Part shown: positions 13,101-25,100 of the stretch, piece after piece
Position numbering within the stretch: the stretch's first letter is position 1
Layout of the letters: each line of letters starts with the position of its first letter
NCBI GenBank assembly: GCA_905331295.1
Contig: CAJNYD010000549.1
Span: forward strand, 1 to 64,000
Length of the DNA: 64,000 nt
Source: Rotaria socialis
Lineage: Eukaryota
Direction of reading: 5' to 3'
Made by a program: the position numbers and the translations under genes
The notes under the pieces: generated by a model
The model's input: only the letters and a program-made list of their open reading frames with translations
Database searches by the model: none
Told to the model about the DNA's origin: nothing

Positions 13101-16100
13101 AGTCAATATATTCTTTATTTAGGTAAGTAGCAATAATCAATTGATATGCAAGTTCAATATGATAAAATGAATTAATGTTATTTTCTATTTAGGTATATCT
13201 GAATAATTGATCTCATGGTAAGTTCAATCTTACAGTATCAGTCACTCCTCGTGTTTTTTTAGGATCGTCTCAATAACAAGTAACGCTGATTTACCATTCG
13301 TGCGAATAAAGGAGAAAGGGCTGGCTCGTATCCTGCTCACAACAAATCCACGTAAACATAACACATACGATTTAGTGGTTTAGCGTAGAAATGAGGTTAA
13401 AGGAGAGTATTCAGGGTTAAGGTTAGAATTGAGGTTAAGGATAGGAATAGTGGCTAAGGATAGAAGTAAGGGTTAAGATTAGGGATAAGACGATAAGTAT
13501 GAAATTAATGGCTGGAAGAAACATTAGTCTTGAGCACTAGACTAAGTGAGTGTGGTGGGCTACATTTTACTCCTATAGAAACATTTTTGGAAGAAATAGG
13601 AGAAAGCTCCAGCTAGAACCAGATTTTGCTTGAACCTTAAATGGTTCTCAAAATGGTACCCAAATAGAGAACCCTAAAAGGTTCAGTATTGAACCGCTTT
13701 TTCTTTCTGAGGAGACTCCGCACAGTACTGAATCCACTCTATCCACAAAATATTGATAAATTGAGAGTCGAATTACAAAGCTTTGATCGACTAGGTTCGA
13801 TCGCAGCAGCTCCAAAAGCTTCTATCGGTGACATTGTGCAAATTTTAATAATTCAGCTGTAAAAGATAATTGAATGATCAGACTCCTCCAGCAATAATTT
13901 TAACAAATTACCAGCCACGACACAAAAACGAGAAAGAAAGCTATTAGAATGATAAAAAAAACGATCTTGTTCATTTAATGCGTTTGATTTCAATCAAGAA
14001 GAGGTACAGTAGAACGTCTAAAAGACAGTACTACACACTTATGTATCTTGACTGGTTAGATTGGTCAACGATAAGCACGCGAAACCTTCAACTTCGACGG
14101 TAAATATCGAAGCAACAATACTACAGAATATTTCATCGTATTTATTAGTGTAATTCATTGTTTCTTAGTAACGTTTCATTCCAACAATACATTAAAAACA
14201 CCTAATGGCCAGTATAGAAATTCCATTGGTCCTTCTGAAGGTCTACATTTTCAATAGGCGACACTAATAGCAATAGGTACATTTCTATTTTCTATACCGA
14301 TTTCTCCTTTCTATCTCAGTTTTTTCAGCATCTTCTTATTAAACACAAAAATGTATCTTTATCCTTCGTCATTTTTACTGTCACCATTATCTACACTGCT
14401 ATATTGTAAAAATCAAACACATCGTTAAAGTAAAAAATTGATCACCGAATAAGCCTACTTACCAGCCGATATGAAAAAACGTTTTTTAATATGAGTCTGC
14501 ACAAGGTACTACTGATTATATAGCCTTTGCATATTTTCTATTTTTCTCCAACATAACATGTTTACTTGAGTCAATTAACCGTGACTCTAATTTCCTTACT
14601 TCCTACTTTTGCATATCAAAATGTTTCTTCACGTTCACCCCCTGTTTACCAAAAAAAGTGATGCATCCTTTCCGTTTGGTTTTGACGAAATAAAGCCAAA
14701 ACGATGGGAATCATACCACTTCTCTCTATCACGTTAGCGTGTGAGTGACTGTATAAAATAACATTCATCACACTCGCACCCACACCCAGACCCAGACCCA
14801 AACCTACACCAAAACCGACACCTTTACCCGAACCTAACCCTATACCCATACCCAAATCCGAACCTAACCCCATACCCTTACCTAAATCCGAACCCAACCC
14901 CAGATCCAAACCCATACCCCGACCCACACCCACACCCACACCNNNNNNNNNNNNNNNNNNNNNNNNNNNNNNNNNNNNNNNNNNNNNNNNNNNNNNNNNN
15001 NNNNNNNNNNNNNNNNNNNNNNNNNNNNNNNNNNNNNNNNNNGCGGCCATATCTGTAGAATGAATGATAATAGGCTAATCAAACACACAGTATTCGCAAA
15101 GATAGATGGAAAACCCCGAAGAGGTCGTCCATGTAGAGAATGGCTGGATGACATCAAAGACTGGTGCGGAAGCAGCAGACAAGACTTGTTCCATCAAGCG
15201 CAAGACCGACGGTTATGGAAGAAACTAATCCACAAAGTGGTTGACCCCGACGGGCGATAAGCATATGGGACATCATCAATCATGAATAGAAATATATTGA
15301 AATGAGGAATAATTCTCATTTAAATAAAGAGTATAGAATAACTTCATGAAATATTATATGTAATTTATACAAAAATGATTCAATCGCAAACACGTAGCAC
15401 ATAGTGGCGTAACCAGGATTGGGTGTGGGTGTATTGTGAGATAATTAATCGAAACTCTTGTAAGTAGTACACAAGCAAGAATACTAATGAAAATTGAATC
15501 GATTTTCTAATCATTTTATTGGCATAAATAATTTGCCGAACTCATCGAAATGTAACAAGCAAGAATGTTTGGACAATACCAACTTGTAATAATTTATTCA
15601 ATAATGAGTTTACAATAAAACAAGATAGCAACATTGCGCTGCTAATAATATGTGCTTATGTTTCTCAATACAAGTCAAGTCTATCACTATTTACATTCTA
15701 ATAAACTATTTATTCGAAAAACAACTCAAATTTTAACTACTCTCTGACTTATAGTACTGCCCTATTCCCCCCAAAATATCGTGAGCTTATATACTAGAGA
15801 GAGAGATACCCAGGTCGATCAACTTGTGTCGTACACGGCCGTTTGACCATACTTTACGGCCGTTTGGTATGCACCGTATTACGGTCGTTTTGTATCGTGT
15901 CATAAACGATCGTATACGGAAATATCCGACCAAATTACGGTCGTTAGTAACCGTTTACGACACGATTAATTACGGCCGTAATACGGTGCATATCAAAACG
16001 TCAAGTTACGGCCATTTACGGTGAAAAACGGCAGGAAACGGCAGTATACGTTAACGTTTACGGCCGTATACGATCGTTTCTGGTAGCCGTAATGCTCGAC

Positions 16101-19100
16101 CTGGGGCGAGAGAAAGAAAAGATTACGTACTGTTCAATACGGGACTATGTGTTTATGTCATATACACACGCATGTATACTATTAGTAATGTAAACTTAAT
16201 TATGTCACTGCCATATGTTTATTGGCTCCTCTATGATTTATAAGTGGAGGTCCGACGGTTTCTATAACCACCTATGAAATCTAGTCCTTCATGAGTGACG
16301 TACTTCTTGGCACAGATATATTATCGAGTAGTATTTTTATCTTTAAACTTGAGTATCAGATTTTCCTTCTTTTCCTATGAAGAAAATATTTTTCAATCGT
16401 TAAATTATTTTTTATTAGAATTATGTTTTGGTTCTCTTGAATCTAAGTAATTAGAATATTTTCTATTTAGAAAATCGCATATTTCTTGCTTCTATGTTCT
16501 AGAATATCTTTTATTAAATTCTATATAAATCATTCTGTGACATTAATAGAAATATTAACTAGAAGAGCTACTCTCACGCGAGTACTTCTATCTAATTCGA
16601 TGGGTAAATATCCTGGACCATTATCGATTAGTCGGATTTTGTTGGGTGAATTGTAATTCTGAGGACACATGATGATGGGATTCAGTTAGTTATTGTCTCT
16701 GTTTTCTTATAGAATCTGGATTTTTTGGGAATCGGATCAGATTTACCATGTCGAAATATATGATAGGGAATTTGAATTTGTGGCTAATTTAAAACACTTA
16801 TATCGCTATAGAAGTATCGTGGTCTACCTCTATCTGTATGGATATATCTTATCTCTCCTTACACTGAAAAAGAGATAGGAGAGAGAATGGAAACACTCTC
16901 ACATCTACCCTCAGTCATACTTTGTCTCTCTATGTGTTTTCCTCATCCTCACCTCATTGAATAGAAAGATAAATTATTTATAGATATTCTAGAGGTGGAA
17001 AATGTTAATTTTCGTTTTAATCTAAATGGATGATTCTGTTGTGGGATTCATTTTTATACTAACAATTAGTATTAGATCAGAATCGAATTACTCTCGCAAG
17101 TACCACTATAATGACTATCAAATGAATATTGTGTGGCTGGATTATCATAAGTCTGACCTGCAATTAGACTTGAATTCTGAAATAATAAGATCGATCACAT
17201 GTAAGTTTAAATAATTCTCTCAATTTCAATTTTTACAAGTTTTTAATCTGAGTGAGTCTTGCTTTGGAATGGTTGTTCTTATTTTTTGAAAGTATTTAAA
17301 ATATAAGCATTACTCATATCGAGGCGCTATTCAAAATTTTGTTGAAATTACCTACAACATGAATATTTTTGTCGTGTAGTATCAGATCTAAACAGGGTTG
17401 CCACCTCTTCCGCTTTTTGCGGAAAGTTTCCTCTTTTTCAATATTTTCCGCTATTTTTCCGCTGTTCTGCTTTTTTCTATAAAACGTGTTGCATATCAAA
17501 CCTACGTACAGAATAATATTTGATATTATTGAATCAATTCTTATTGTTCACAAATACTGTGAGCCATCATTCTTTTATGTTTTGAAACTTTGATGAAATA
17601 AAAAGAAGTCCAATAAATATGAAAAAAAATGCCTAATATTCTCAGAAGCACCACGAATCTGCAACAATATAAGCGTCCGCTTTTTTTCCCGCTTTTTCTG
17701 TTTTTCTTTCCGCTATTTTCCGCTTTTTAAGATCAGTTTCAGCAATACCCACGATCCACGGATTGGGAATTCTCAAAAATTCAAGCGATTCCAGGAAATT
17801 TAACCAATTCAAGCAACTCAAGCCAATTCAAAGAAAATCAGGAAATTCGACTGGTACCTAAACTGAGCCATCATCCTAGAAAAGTGTCTGAGAATTCAAG
17901 CGATTCAAGGAATTCAACCAATTCAAGGAATTCAAAGCAATTCAGAGAAAAGGGTGTGGGTGTGGGAAAGAGACTCACATTACAAAAAGCCAAGTATGGG
18001 TGTGGGTGTGAGAAAGAGACTCACATTGCATCCAGCCAAATGTGGGTGTGGGAAAGGGACTCATACTTCATCAAGCCAAGTGTGGGTGTGGGAAAGAGAC
18101 TCATACTACATCAAGCCAAGTGTGGGTGTGGGAAGGGTATCTCCCGCTCTAGCTAATTTGGGTGCGGTGACCGTGTCTCCCAACTGATGCTAGTGTTGGT
18201 GTGAGAGAGGTATCTGGCATGGGGTTCAACCATGATACATCATCCTTGGTATGTTTGTTTACTCTCTGGAGTCAGCATTCGTTGAGTCATCAGCATGAGA
18301 TGGTTGACTCAGAAGCCTTCACTCACTTAGAACTGTATACACCCTCATGCATCTCTTTTGTCTTTGTGTGCCGTCCAATCTCATTGTTTATAACAGTATC
18401 TACCATCATGGCAGGTATGCCTGCGGTGAGTAAGCTACATCGCAACCAGCGATATGTGGGCAGGCGCTGTTACTCGCGTCGCACTCCGCTTGATGTGGAT
18501 GTGGAGAAGGCCAGATCAGTAGCTTTTGAGTGGAATCAACATCAGATATATGCTGCTGTTAGCCACGTTTATAGAACCTTCTTCCATGCATCATTCGGTT
18601 GCGGATCATTTACATCTAACAACGCCCGTCTTTGAGCTGCATGGAAACTACAGAAAGCGAAGATATAATTTCGGCCTGACGGAGCACAACATCAGCACAA
18701 GGAATTCTCTCCCTTCCCCCTTTTTAGAAACATCAGTATCTGCAGAGCGGAAAACCAAATTCCCTCTATGAGACATAGAACCAGTTACAATAATACAATC
18801 GGCTTTCACTGCCACGAACTCATCAAAAAGAAACGGACTGCAGTAGCCTGTTCCGCTAGGTATCACAACACATTCAACTCTTTGATTTTTTCCAAATTCC
18901 CTCATTTTGGTTGAATTCCTTGAATTCCCTGATTTGCTCTGAATTCCGTTGAATTTGTTGAATTGGTTGAATTGGTTGAATTGGTTGAACTGGTTGAATT
19001 CCTTGAATTGCTTGAATTCTCAGACACTTTTCAAGGATGATCTCTCAGTTTAAGTATTATTTGAATTTCCTGATTTGCTCTGAATTCCTTGAATTTCTTG

Positions 19101-22100
19101 AATTTTCAGACACTTTTCAAGGATGATGTCTTAGTTTCGGTATTATTTGAATTCCCTGATTTGCTCTGAATTCCCTTGGATTGGTTGAACTGGTTGAATT
19201 CCTTGAATTGCTTGAATTCTCAGACACTTTTCAAGGTTGATGTCTTAGTTAATTGCTTGAATTCTCAGACACTTTTCAAGGTTGATGTCTTAGTTTAGGT
19301 ACTGCTTGAGTTCCCTGATTTTCTCTGAGTTTCCGAGAATTCACAAATCGGGGATCGTGGGTATATCTCTCAGTTTCCCGCTTTTTGAACTTCATCAGGT
19401 GGCAACCCTGAGCCTAAAACTGTGCATCTACTCGATACCCGCCACTAATATACGTATAATGTGCAACGAAATCTCAGATACGTTATGGTTATTTCAAAAC
19501 TTTCTTCAATTGGTATACACAGATAAGACATAATGTGGAATTTCAATATGTTAATTGAAAGAATGGCGATCTTATTAACTCATAGTTCACAATTCATCAA
19601 CTATACTGATGGAAACTGATTATTACTGCAAATCAAATACCAGTCAATTGAAAAGAAATCGCAAATAACTGATTATAATCTTTAGTCTAATCTAAATAAG
19701 CATATCCGAGTTGCTGGAATTTCATCGATTATCATTTATAAATACCTTGATTTTTCACTTAAATATTTCTACTAGAACTTATTTTGTTCCGTCGTATTTC
19801 TTAAACTACATAATATATACTCAACATGTCTCTTTGATGTTTCATTTTGTGAATAAAATTCAAACTTAGTATAAGACAATATTTGCATGATATTGTATTT
19901 CTACATTCAATAAAATATTTCGGAAAATAAACTGCAGATCGACATGAGAATACCATTAAAGCCTTATCTATCAGCATAATTGTACAAAAACTGCACTTGT
20001 TGAACTATTTTTGATGTCAACTTAAAAAATTGAACTCTTTTGAGATTTCATCACTGAGAAAATGTTTCACAAAATCATTTATTCTAGATTTTGCATCGCT
20101 AGACTGATCATATCTATCCATTTAAATGGAAAAAAATGATACGATTAACTAATTAAATTCAGATAAATGTTTTAGATAACATGTTGCTGTCCAACTTTCA
20201 TTCTCAAATTCAAATGACGATATCGCGTTGGAAACAAGAGGAGTAGACCTTTATTTCATGAAAGAAGGTGCCAATTTATATTCAAAAGAACTCAAAATTT
20301 TTATATAAAATGAAATTTTGTTTTTAACTACTATTTACTTCGATATGAATTATGGATGATCATGTTTTTTGTCAGAAATTTAGCTGCGCTTATAAAAAAA
20401 AGTACATATATGTGAATATTTTACATTTACAGAGACATGAAAGTCATGATTAATCAATTTCGCCTTATATTTAATTCTTCAAATATAGAAACTAATATAA
20501 GACAAACTCTCTCCGTTAATAGCTATAACATATTGGATAACTGACAATTCTATTTACAATGAATATTGGTTGTCTCAATAGAGAGCTTTTTTTCCTTAAT
20601 TATATCGAGAAAAATATTTAGGTTACAACAGTTTTACGAGTTTCAACATAATTATGTCACTGCTTTTGAATATACTATTAGACAAAGAAATTCATTCAGA
20701 TGAAAATAGTTGATTTAACCAATACGATTGTGTTGAATGTTTAATTATGTAATACAGAATATAAACAATTGTCTTTTGTAATTTTTTTATTTTTCTCCAA
20801 TTTAACATGTTTTCGAAGTGCTCTTTATTCTTAATATAATTTCTGATCAGTTCCCTTCCTCGTTCACAATCTATGGATAGCTACCGTTTTAAAATTAGAT
20901 ATTCTATATCAGACGAACCAGTCAGTGAAAATGATATGCCTTAAAAGTGACAGTAGCGGTGGAAAATATTGAAATACTGGACTTCATGTTTATGACGAAT
21001 AGATAAAAGCAAGTATATCTCTAAATAGTTGAACTAAGAAACGAGAAAAAAACGGGAACAAAATAACATAAATTAATGTGTTTTGAAAAAATACTGTCGT
21101 CGTTCATTATGAATGTACAATCTTACCAGCCAGTCTTAGAAACAATACGGAAAAAAAAAGAATGTCAAAGAGCATGTAGATGCTAAATTCGATCAGAAAG
21201 CTTTCAAAATTTGTCAGAATTACAGAAGATTTCGATTTGAAGAACAGAAGAATAGTGTAGGAGTCGATCATTTTATCCGCATATAATCTGATTTCATCTA
21301 TTGCTAGATAGGACTGCAATACAAAAGCCGAAAGAACTTAATTTTTATGTTTTTCTCAATTTAACAATACTTAATTGTAGTTCTCTTCAAATCTGGAGAA
21401 AAGTTGTCTTCAATTCTGAGGTCACGTGATGCGAATCATTTTTTTCCCTTTTGTAGACATCTATAAGCTAAAACCTCCTTTGAGCTTCTAGTTAAAGAAA
21501 CTTGTAGTCTTTTTGTTTTATGAATTTGGAAGTTTGTGGTTTGTATCGTTCTTCAATTAGTAAATATTTGATCTAATCCCAGCAACTATTTCATTGATGC
21601 AGTAGCAATAGAATTCATTAACGCTGGATTATTTTTTGAGTTGAAAAAAATATTCAGCAAATTTTCTAGAGTAATCATTTGTGCTCCATAAACTTGGTTG
21701 ATAATCAACAGAGTTAAAAGACTTCGAAAAAACTTTTCTCATTTTGACGGAAGTCAGCTCGTAACTCATAAAACCGTCAGTAACCAAATGACCTCATCGA
21801 TCGAGATCATAATCATGTTAAGTTTCCATTGACGAGAGCATACCAATAAAGCAAAGCTAATTTCGATTATCCCGATAATAGTTAAATAATACATGAAAAC
21901 TGAAAAATCTTCAGTTTTTCTTATGCTGATAGTCAAACTGCTCATAATATAAAATAACTAAGTTTATCAAGTTAAACTTCAGATATCCACATAGTGACAT
22001 AGCATAAGAATAACTACAGATGTTCGATTCGAAATAAGAATTGAGGATGATTGAGAATAATGATCTAAAAAGCTTACCTCCTTCTTGAATAGTTGTTGTA

Positions 22101-25100
22101 GTCGAAGTTGTAGGATCTATGAAAATTAATCGAATGAAAATTGATCGCGGTTAATTGGTCGATACGAAAATTGGTTGATACAAGAATTCGTAGGGATAAA
22201 AAACAATCGAGCTTAATTTAAAAAGGGATCTTCAGATCATCATAGAGAAATTACTCCTAAAAAAGAGCACATATTTGTCTGAAATATGGGAATTGTTATA
22301 TGCTTAGATTGCTTCAAATAAGCTTCCCAGGTCGAACAGTACGGTCCGTATACGGCCATTGGCGGATACTTTACGACTATTTTACGGGCGAAATTTCGCC
22401 GTAATATCTGGCGTAGTAATACGGACCGTATTATCATGAGAGTACGGAGCACAAACAGCCGTAAACCATGAAAATTCGGTCCTGTTTACGGTGCCGTATT
22501 ACTGCGCCAGGTATTACGGGGAAATACGGCCTATTTACTGTCGTAAAGATACCGTTTTGACATCGTTTACAGTCGACAAACAGATCGTAAACGAGTCCGT
22601 TTTGATCAACCAGGGTTATCAATTTTTTTGATAACATTTATCACAATAAGCTAGAGTTCACTTGATCCAATAATTATTAGATTAAAAGACTCTTAATACA
22701 TTATATAAAAAGCTGATATATGTAAACAGAACACTACTATTTTTCATAAATGCCAACGTTTACATTCAGTACAACAGAAAAGAACAAACCTTTATTAATT
22801 TGTAAAGGTTTTGCTTATACTATCGATAAAACAACTAATGATAAAACTTATTGGAAATGTGAACATGTTCGAAAATTTAAATGTAAAGGAGGAATTCACA
22901 CTAACTGTACTCATACAACATTATTACATGAAAACGATAATCATAATCATCCTGGAATCTTGGTTCAACTGAAATTCGAATATTTGAAGAAAAAATTCGT
23001 CATCGAGCACTTAATTCAAGCGAAGGTACACAAAATGTTATTGATTATTGTCTCACGAATTTATCTGATCATGCTGTAGCTCGTCTTCCTGATTTTAAAC
23101 ATGTTAAACGAAATATTCAAAATCACCGAGTAAAAAACAATTTGCCAGAAATTCCACATGATAAAACATTTAATCTAATTCCGGACAAATTAACAACAAC
23201 AAAACGAAACAGTTTATTTCTATAATTTGATTCTGGTCCAGGCAATGATCGTATTATTATATTTGCATCAGCTGAACAACTTCAACTTTTTGAAAGTGGC
23301 GAATAATTATTAGCCGATGGAACCTTCAAAGTTTGTACATTTTTCCCGATGCTATTTAGTTTCATTTAATAAACTAAACTGTTTAGGTAACAACAACAAA
23401 TTGATCAATAATATCCGGTTGTTTTATTCATCTACAAAATAGTATTCAACGTAAAGTACAAGTCAGTAATGGAAATTTGTTGATATATAAAAGATTGAAA
23501 CTAATTTTCGTTTTCTTCAGGGCTTAGGCTTCAAAACAAATTATGAACAAGATCCAATATTTTCTCGTCATGTTAATCAAATTGCTGCTCTTGCATTTCT
23601 TCAACCGAATGATGTTAGTCAAAGCTTTGATGATCTGTACAATCCATTACCACAAATGTTACATCCATTATTAGACTATTTTGAAGACACGTATGTTGGT
23701 AGAAATCGTACACAAGGAAGAGCAAAACCAATGTTTGAAATCGAATTATGGAACATGCATCAAAGGACAACTGATCGTTTAATGTGGACTAACAACTCAG
23801 CTGATGCTTGGCATCGCCGCTTAAGTGCTATTATGCAATGTCAACATCCTACACTATGGTCCTTCATTAATAATTTAAAAAACGAAGAACATTATATCCA
23901 CTGTCAATTGATCAAGCTAAATTGTGGTGAAAAAGTCGAATCAAATAAAAAAAGATTTAAATTATAGTGCAAGGCTACGTCATTTAATTATGCATCCACT
24001 ACTATCTATTCTACAACAATTACAAGGACTTGCTCACAATTTAAGAATTCTTTTTTTTCATGTCTTACTCTTTTTTATTTGTCAATTGTTCGTTTTGAGT
24101 GTGAGTAATTCTATAATTGTATCACAATAAAGGTAGAATTTATTCATAATTCTACTGAAGAGTATCAGTTTCTGTTTTTGATAAAAACAAGCTAATTATA
24201 TTATTATACGTTTCTCCACCAATTTTCGTATCGACCAATTTTCGCTCTCCCGTAGTTGTACCTACAGCGTTGTTCCATATTCATTATTATAGATCATTTG
24301 TGTAAAATAATGAATTAGTCTGATTTTTAGCATAACCCAGGTCGAAAAACTACGGTCGTTTACAATTCCTGTGCATTGTGTCCATATACGACACGACAAT
24401 ATCCGATCGTATATGGACTCCGTAAACCTCGACTTGGAAAAAGGTGATATAGAATTTTGTGTTTCCTAAAGTTTGTAGTAATAACTCAATTTTGTTAACT
24501 AACGGATGCTCTATAAAGAATAATGGCCAATTTTTGTTTTCCGCCTTGCGGGGACTTGATTATTGTCTTAAGATCTGATTCTGAGCTTGTCGGACAGAAA
24601 ATGTATTTCTCTACAAACTATCTACGTTGTCTTTCAGATAGTTTTTTTCTTATCATGTACGATTTAAAAGATCAACACGCACTAAATCATCCATCGGCGC
24701 GGTGAAACATTTATTCTCGTGTCGTTCGCTGCAGAATTTAATTCTGAACAGAATGGCGTAAATGTCAGTTTGGAGCAGCTGAAACACTTAGACTACTTCG
24801 AATAAATACAGAACAATCACATGAGTTTGCCAGGAAAGGTTTTTTGGTGCTTCCACATTTTCCACTTAAAAAGTTTTTCATCCAAATATTTATTCTGAAA
24901 TCCTGAGAAGGGTGTGGGTGATTGGGTAGCGGAGATTCACACCCACACACCCTCATCGTTTCTGTTTTGTTGCTCTTACTTATCGGCGGACAGAATTGTT
25001 CATTGAAACTCGGTACCGGATAGCAAATAGGATAATCATGACATCGAGAATGATTAAGGCACACATGCTCGAATTCATTACAAATATTGTTTAATAAACC

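Larger units (their letters stand above)
9705..13713. mobile_element. Degenerate CACTA-like non-autonomous element enclosing several insertions and an internal duplication
   Basis: TACTCTGAAAAAAAATGG left end, ...TTTTTCTTTCTGAGG right end, both with GAACC/GGTTC subterminal motifs. Termini are imperfect, so boundaries are approximate. Confidence 0.45.
17393..19410. mobile_element. hAT-like non-autonomous element with a nested element
   Basis: TIRs CAGGGTTGCCACCT ... AGGTGGCAACCCTG; subterminal TTCCGCT repeats; partial TSD (ctaaa shared). Confidence 0.8.
22113..24251 (+). mobile_element. MULE/Mutator DNA transposon (degenerate)
   Basis: GG...CC termini with AATTGGTCGATACGAAAATTGGT / ACCAATTTTCGTATCGACCAATT inverted repeats; 9-bp TSD gaagttgta/gtagttgta; internal FLYWCH-MULE transposase remnants. 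Confidence 0.85.

Noticed and set aside
14646..15157. Gly/Val-rich ORFs in the ORF track
   Set aside because: Translations of a hexamer repeat running through the N gap.
18270..18300. Hammerhead ribozyme core (CTGATGA on the minus strand)
   Set aside because: No stem II followed by GAAA could be built; other CTGATGA hits I checked also failed.
19600..22000. Possible decayed transposase remnants in the large intron
   Set aside because: Only isolated weak motifs; no TIR/TSD pair or sustained reading frame found by eye.
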